Part shown: positions 34,400-35,707 of the stretch, piece by piece
Layout of the letters: every line of letters starts with the position of its first letter
Position numbering within the stretch: the first letter of the stretch is position 1
Origin: Octopus sinensis
Taxonomy: Eukaryota
Assembly (NCBI RefSeq): GCF_006345805.1
Contig: NW_021826276.1
Span: 1 to 35,707 of the forward strand
Length of the DNA stretch: 35,707 nt
Reading direction: 5' to 3'
The notes under the pieces: generated by a model
The model's database searches: none
The model's input: only the letters and a program-made list of their open reading frames with translations
Told to the model about the DNA's origin: nothing
Program-made: the position numbers and the translations under genes

Positions 34400-35530
34400 A
34401 TTAAAACGCAACCAATATTTTCATATTCTGCGGTATTCCCAAGATATACAAAAGTGAGATAATACGTAACGCATGCGGGATAGCCACGGACATAATAATC
34501 AAAGTCCCTACTCCTAATGACCTCAAATTGAGCAGGTCCCGCATGCGAAACTCACTGCCTCAGTAATGTTTTAGATAGCCTCTTAAAACCATTCCTCAAG
34601 CATGTCAAAAGCTGCATAAGGGACGACCTGGATATGCTCAATCACCTTCCTGAAAAAATAAACAAAAACATCCTACTAGTATCCTTCGATGTAGTCAACC
34701 TCTGTTGCAATATCCCCTACAACCTAGGAATAGAGGCAATTCAGTTCTGGCCAGACAATTACACCTACAAACTTCCACATTGCATTAAAAAAGAATTCGT
34801 GTAGAATGACTAAAATTCATCTTGAAGAATAACTATTTCGTCTTCAAAGAAAACTAATTTCGAAAAAATAGGGGACTGCGATGGGTACTAGAATGGCCCT
34901 CTTCTTTGCTAACCTCGTCATGGGATATCTAGAAATTAGTCGTAAGGTTCGAGAAAAATACGGCAGTCCATTTTTTCCTCTACATAGAAAATAACTGGAA
35001 GAGACACCTGGATGGCTGTTTCATTCTTTAGCATGAAAGTATAGTGAGACTTAAAGAATTCCAAGCAGTTATAAATGGACTTGACGTAAACATTCAATTC
35101 ACGATGGAATATAGCCATCAACAATTTCCCTTCCTCGACATCCTCATTAAGAAATCTATCAACGAAGTAGAAACAGATGTATACTATAAGCCCACGGACT
35201 CCAAGCAATATATACTGTTCAACTCATGCCACCCCAGACAGCCCAGAATTAAAAAGGATATGTACTATAGTTTCTAATGCAAGCACCATGGACACACGAC
35301 TACATGAATTAAGGATACCTCATCACCAGAACTACCCACCTTCATTATTGACATAGGCTTTCAAAGTGCTCTACAACTCAACATCCAACTATTCAGACAG
35401 TAAAGAAAGATTTACAAACAAAAGCCCTACCATACATCTCCACACGCAACTGTCTGAAAAATGAAGCCTTCGACACCATCCTTCAAAACATTCCCTTGCT
35501 AAAAAAGGACCACAGATTGAACTTAATCCT
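34400..35530 (+). pseudogene. Decayed Penelope-like element, reverse transcriptase region
   Basis: FCGIPKIYK, AGPACETH, LVSFDVVNL..NIP, GTAMGTRMA.FFANLVMG, KRHLDGCF, FPFLDI and TDVYYKPTDSKQYILFNSCHP; stops and frameshifts present. Confidence 0.88.
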
Positions 35531-35626
35531 CCAAGATGTCAGAAAAAATGCGGAAGACCCAGTTGAGGGATCAGATTTCTCCTTCAAACAGGGACAACGT
35601 TTCACAATGAAAACGACACCCACATT

Positions 35627-35707
35627 CTTCTTCTTCTTCTTCTTCTTCTTCTTCTTCTTCTTCTTCTTCTTCTTCTTCTTCTTCTTCTTCTTCTTCTTCT
35701 TCTCTTC
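35627..35707. repeat. (TTC)n microsatellite
   Basis: Seen directly. Confidence 0.97.

Noticed and set aside
34470-34547. 11-bp inverted repeat CGCATGCGGGA/TCCCGCATGCG as a Penelope inverted end
   Set aside because: Both arms lie inside a continuous RT reading frame, and the match does not extend.

Overview
Eukaryotic, AT-rich, repeat-dominated window, most likely octopus or a related cephalopod. This is inferred from SINE families I recall from Octopus genomes plus the microsatellite composition; no database search was run. No complete host gene is visible, and most entries in the ORF track are microsatellite artefacts. Supported content: (i) three tRNA-derived SINE families, labelled A, B and C here; (ii) non-LTR retrotransposon remnants: two head-to-tail Tx1/L1-like copies each ending in (ATCT)n, an ORF1-like piece with a stem-loop plus (TTC)n end, two R4/Dong-clade fragments (one embedded in (TAA)n), a CR1/L2-type 3' end and a Penelope RT; (iii) Tc1/mariner-type elements: an internally deleted mariner, a Tigger-like MITE and a foldback MITE; (iv) many long compound microsatellites and a 1.1 kb (ACCA)n satellite; (v) a few low-confidence candidate exons. 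The most interesting signal is that different retroelement lineages each sit in a different microsatellite motif, best seen in the (ATCT)n-Tx1-(ATCT)n-Tx1-(ATCT)n array. A LINE 3' end also matches the tail of the dominant SINE, and two SINE copies share a head but carry different tails.
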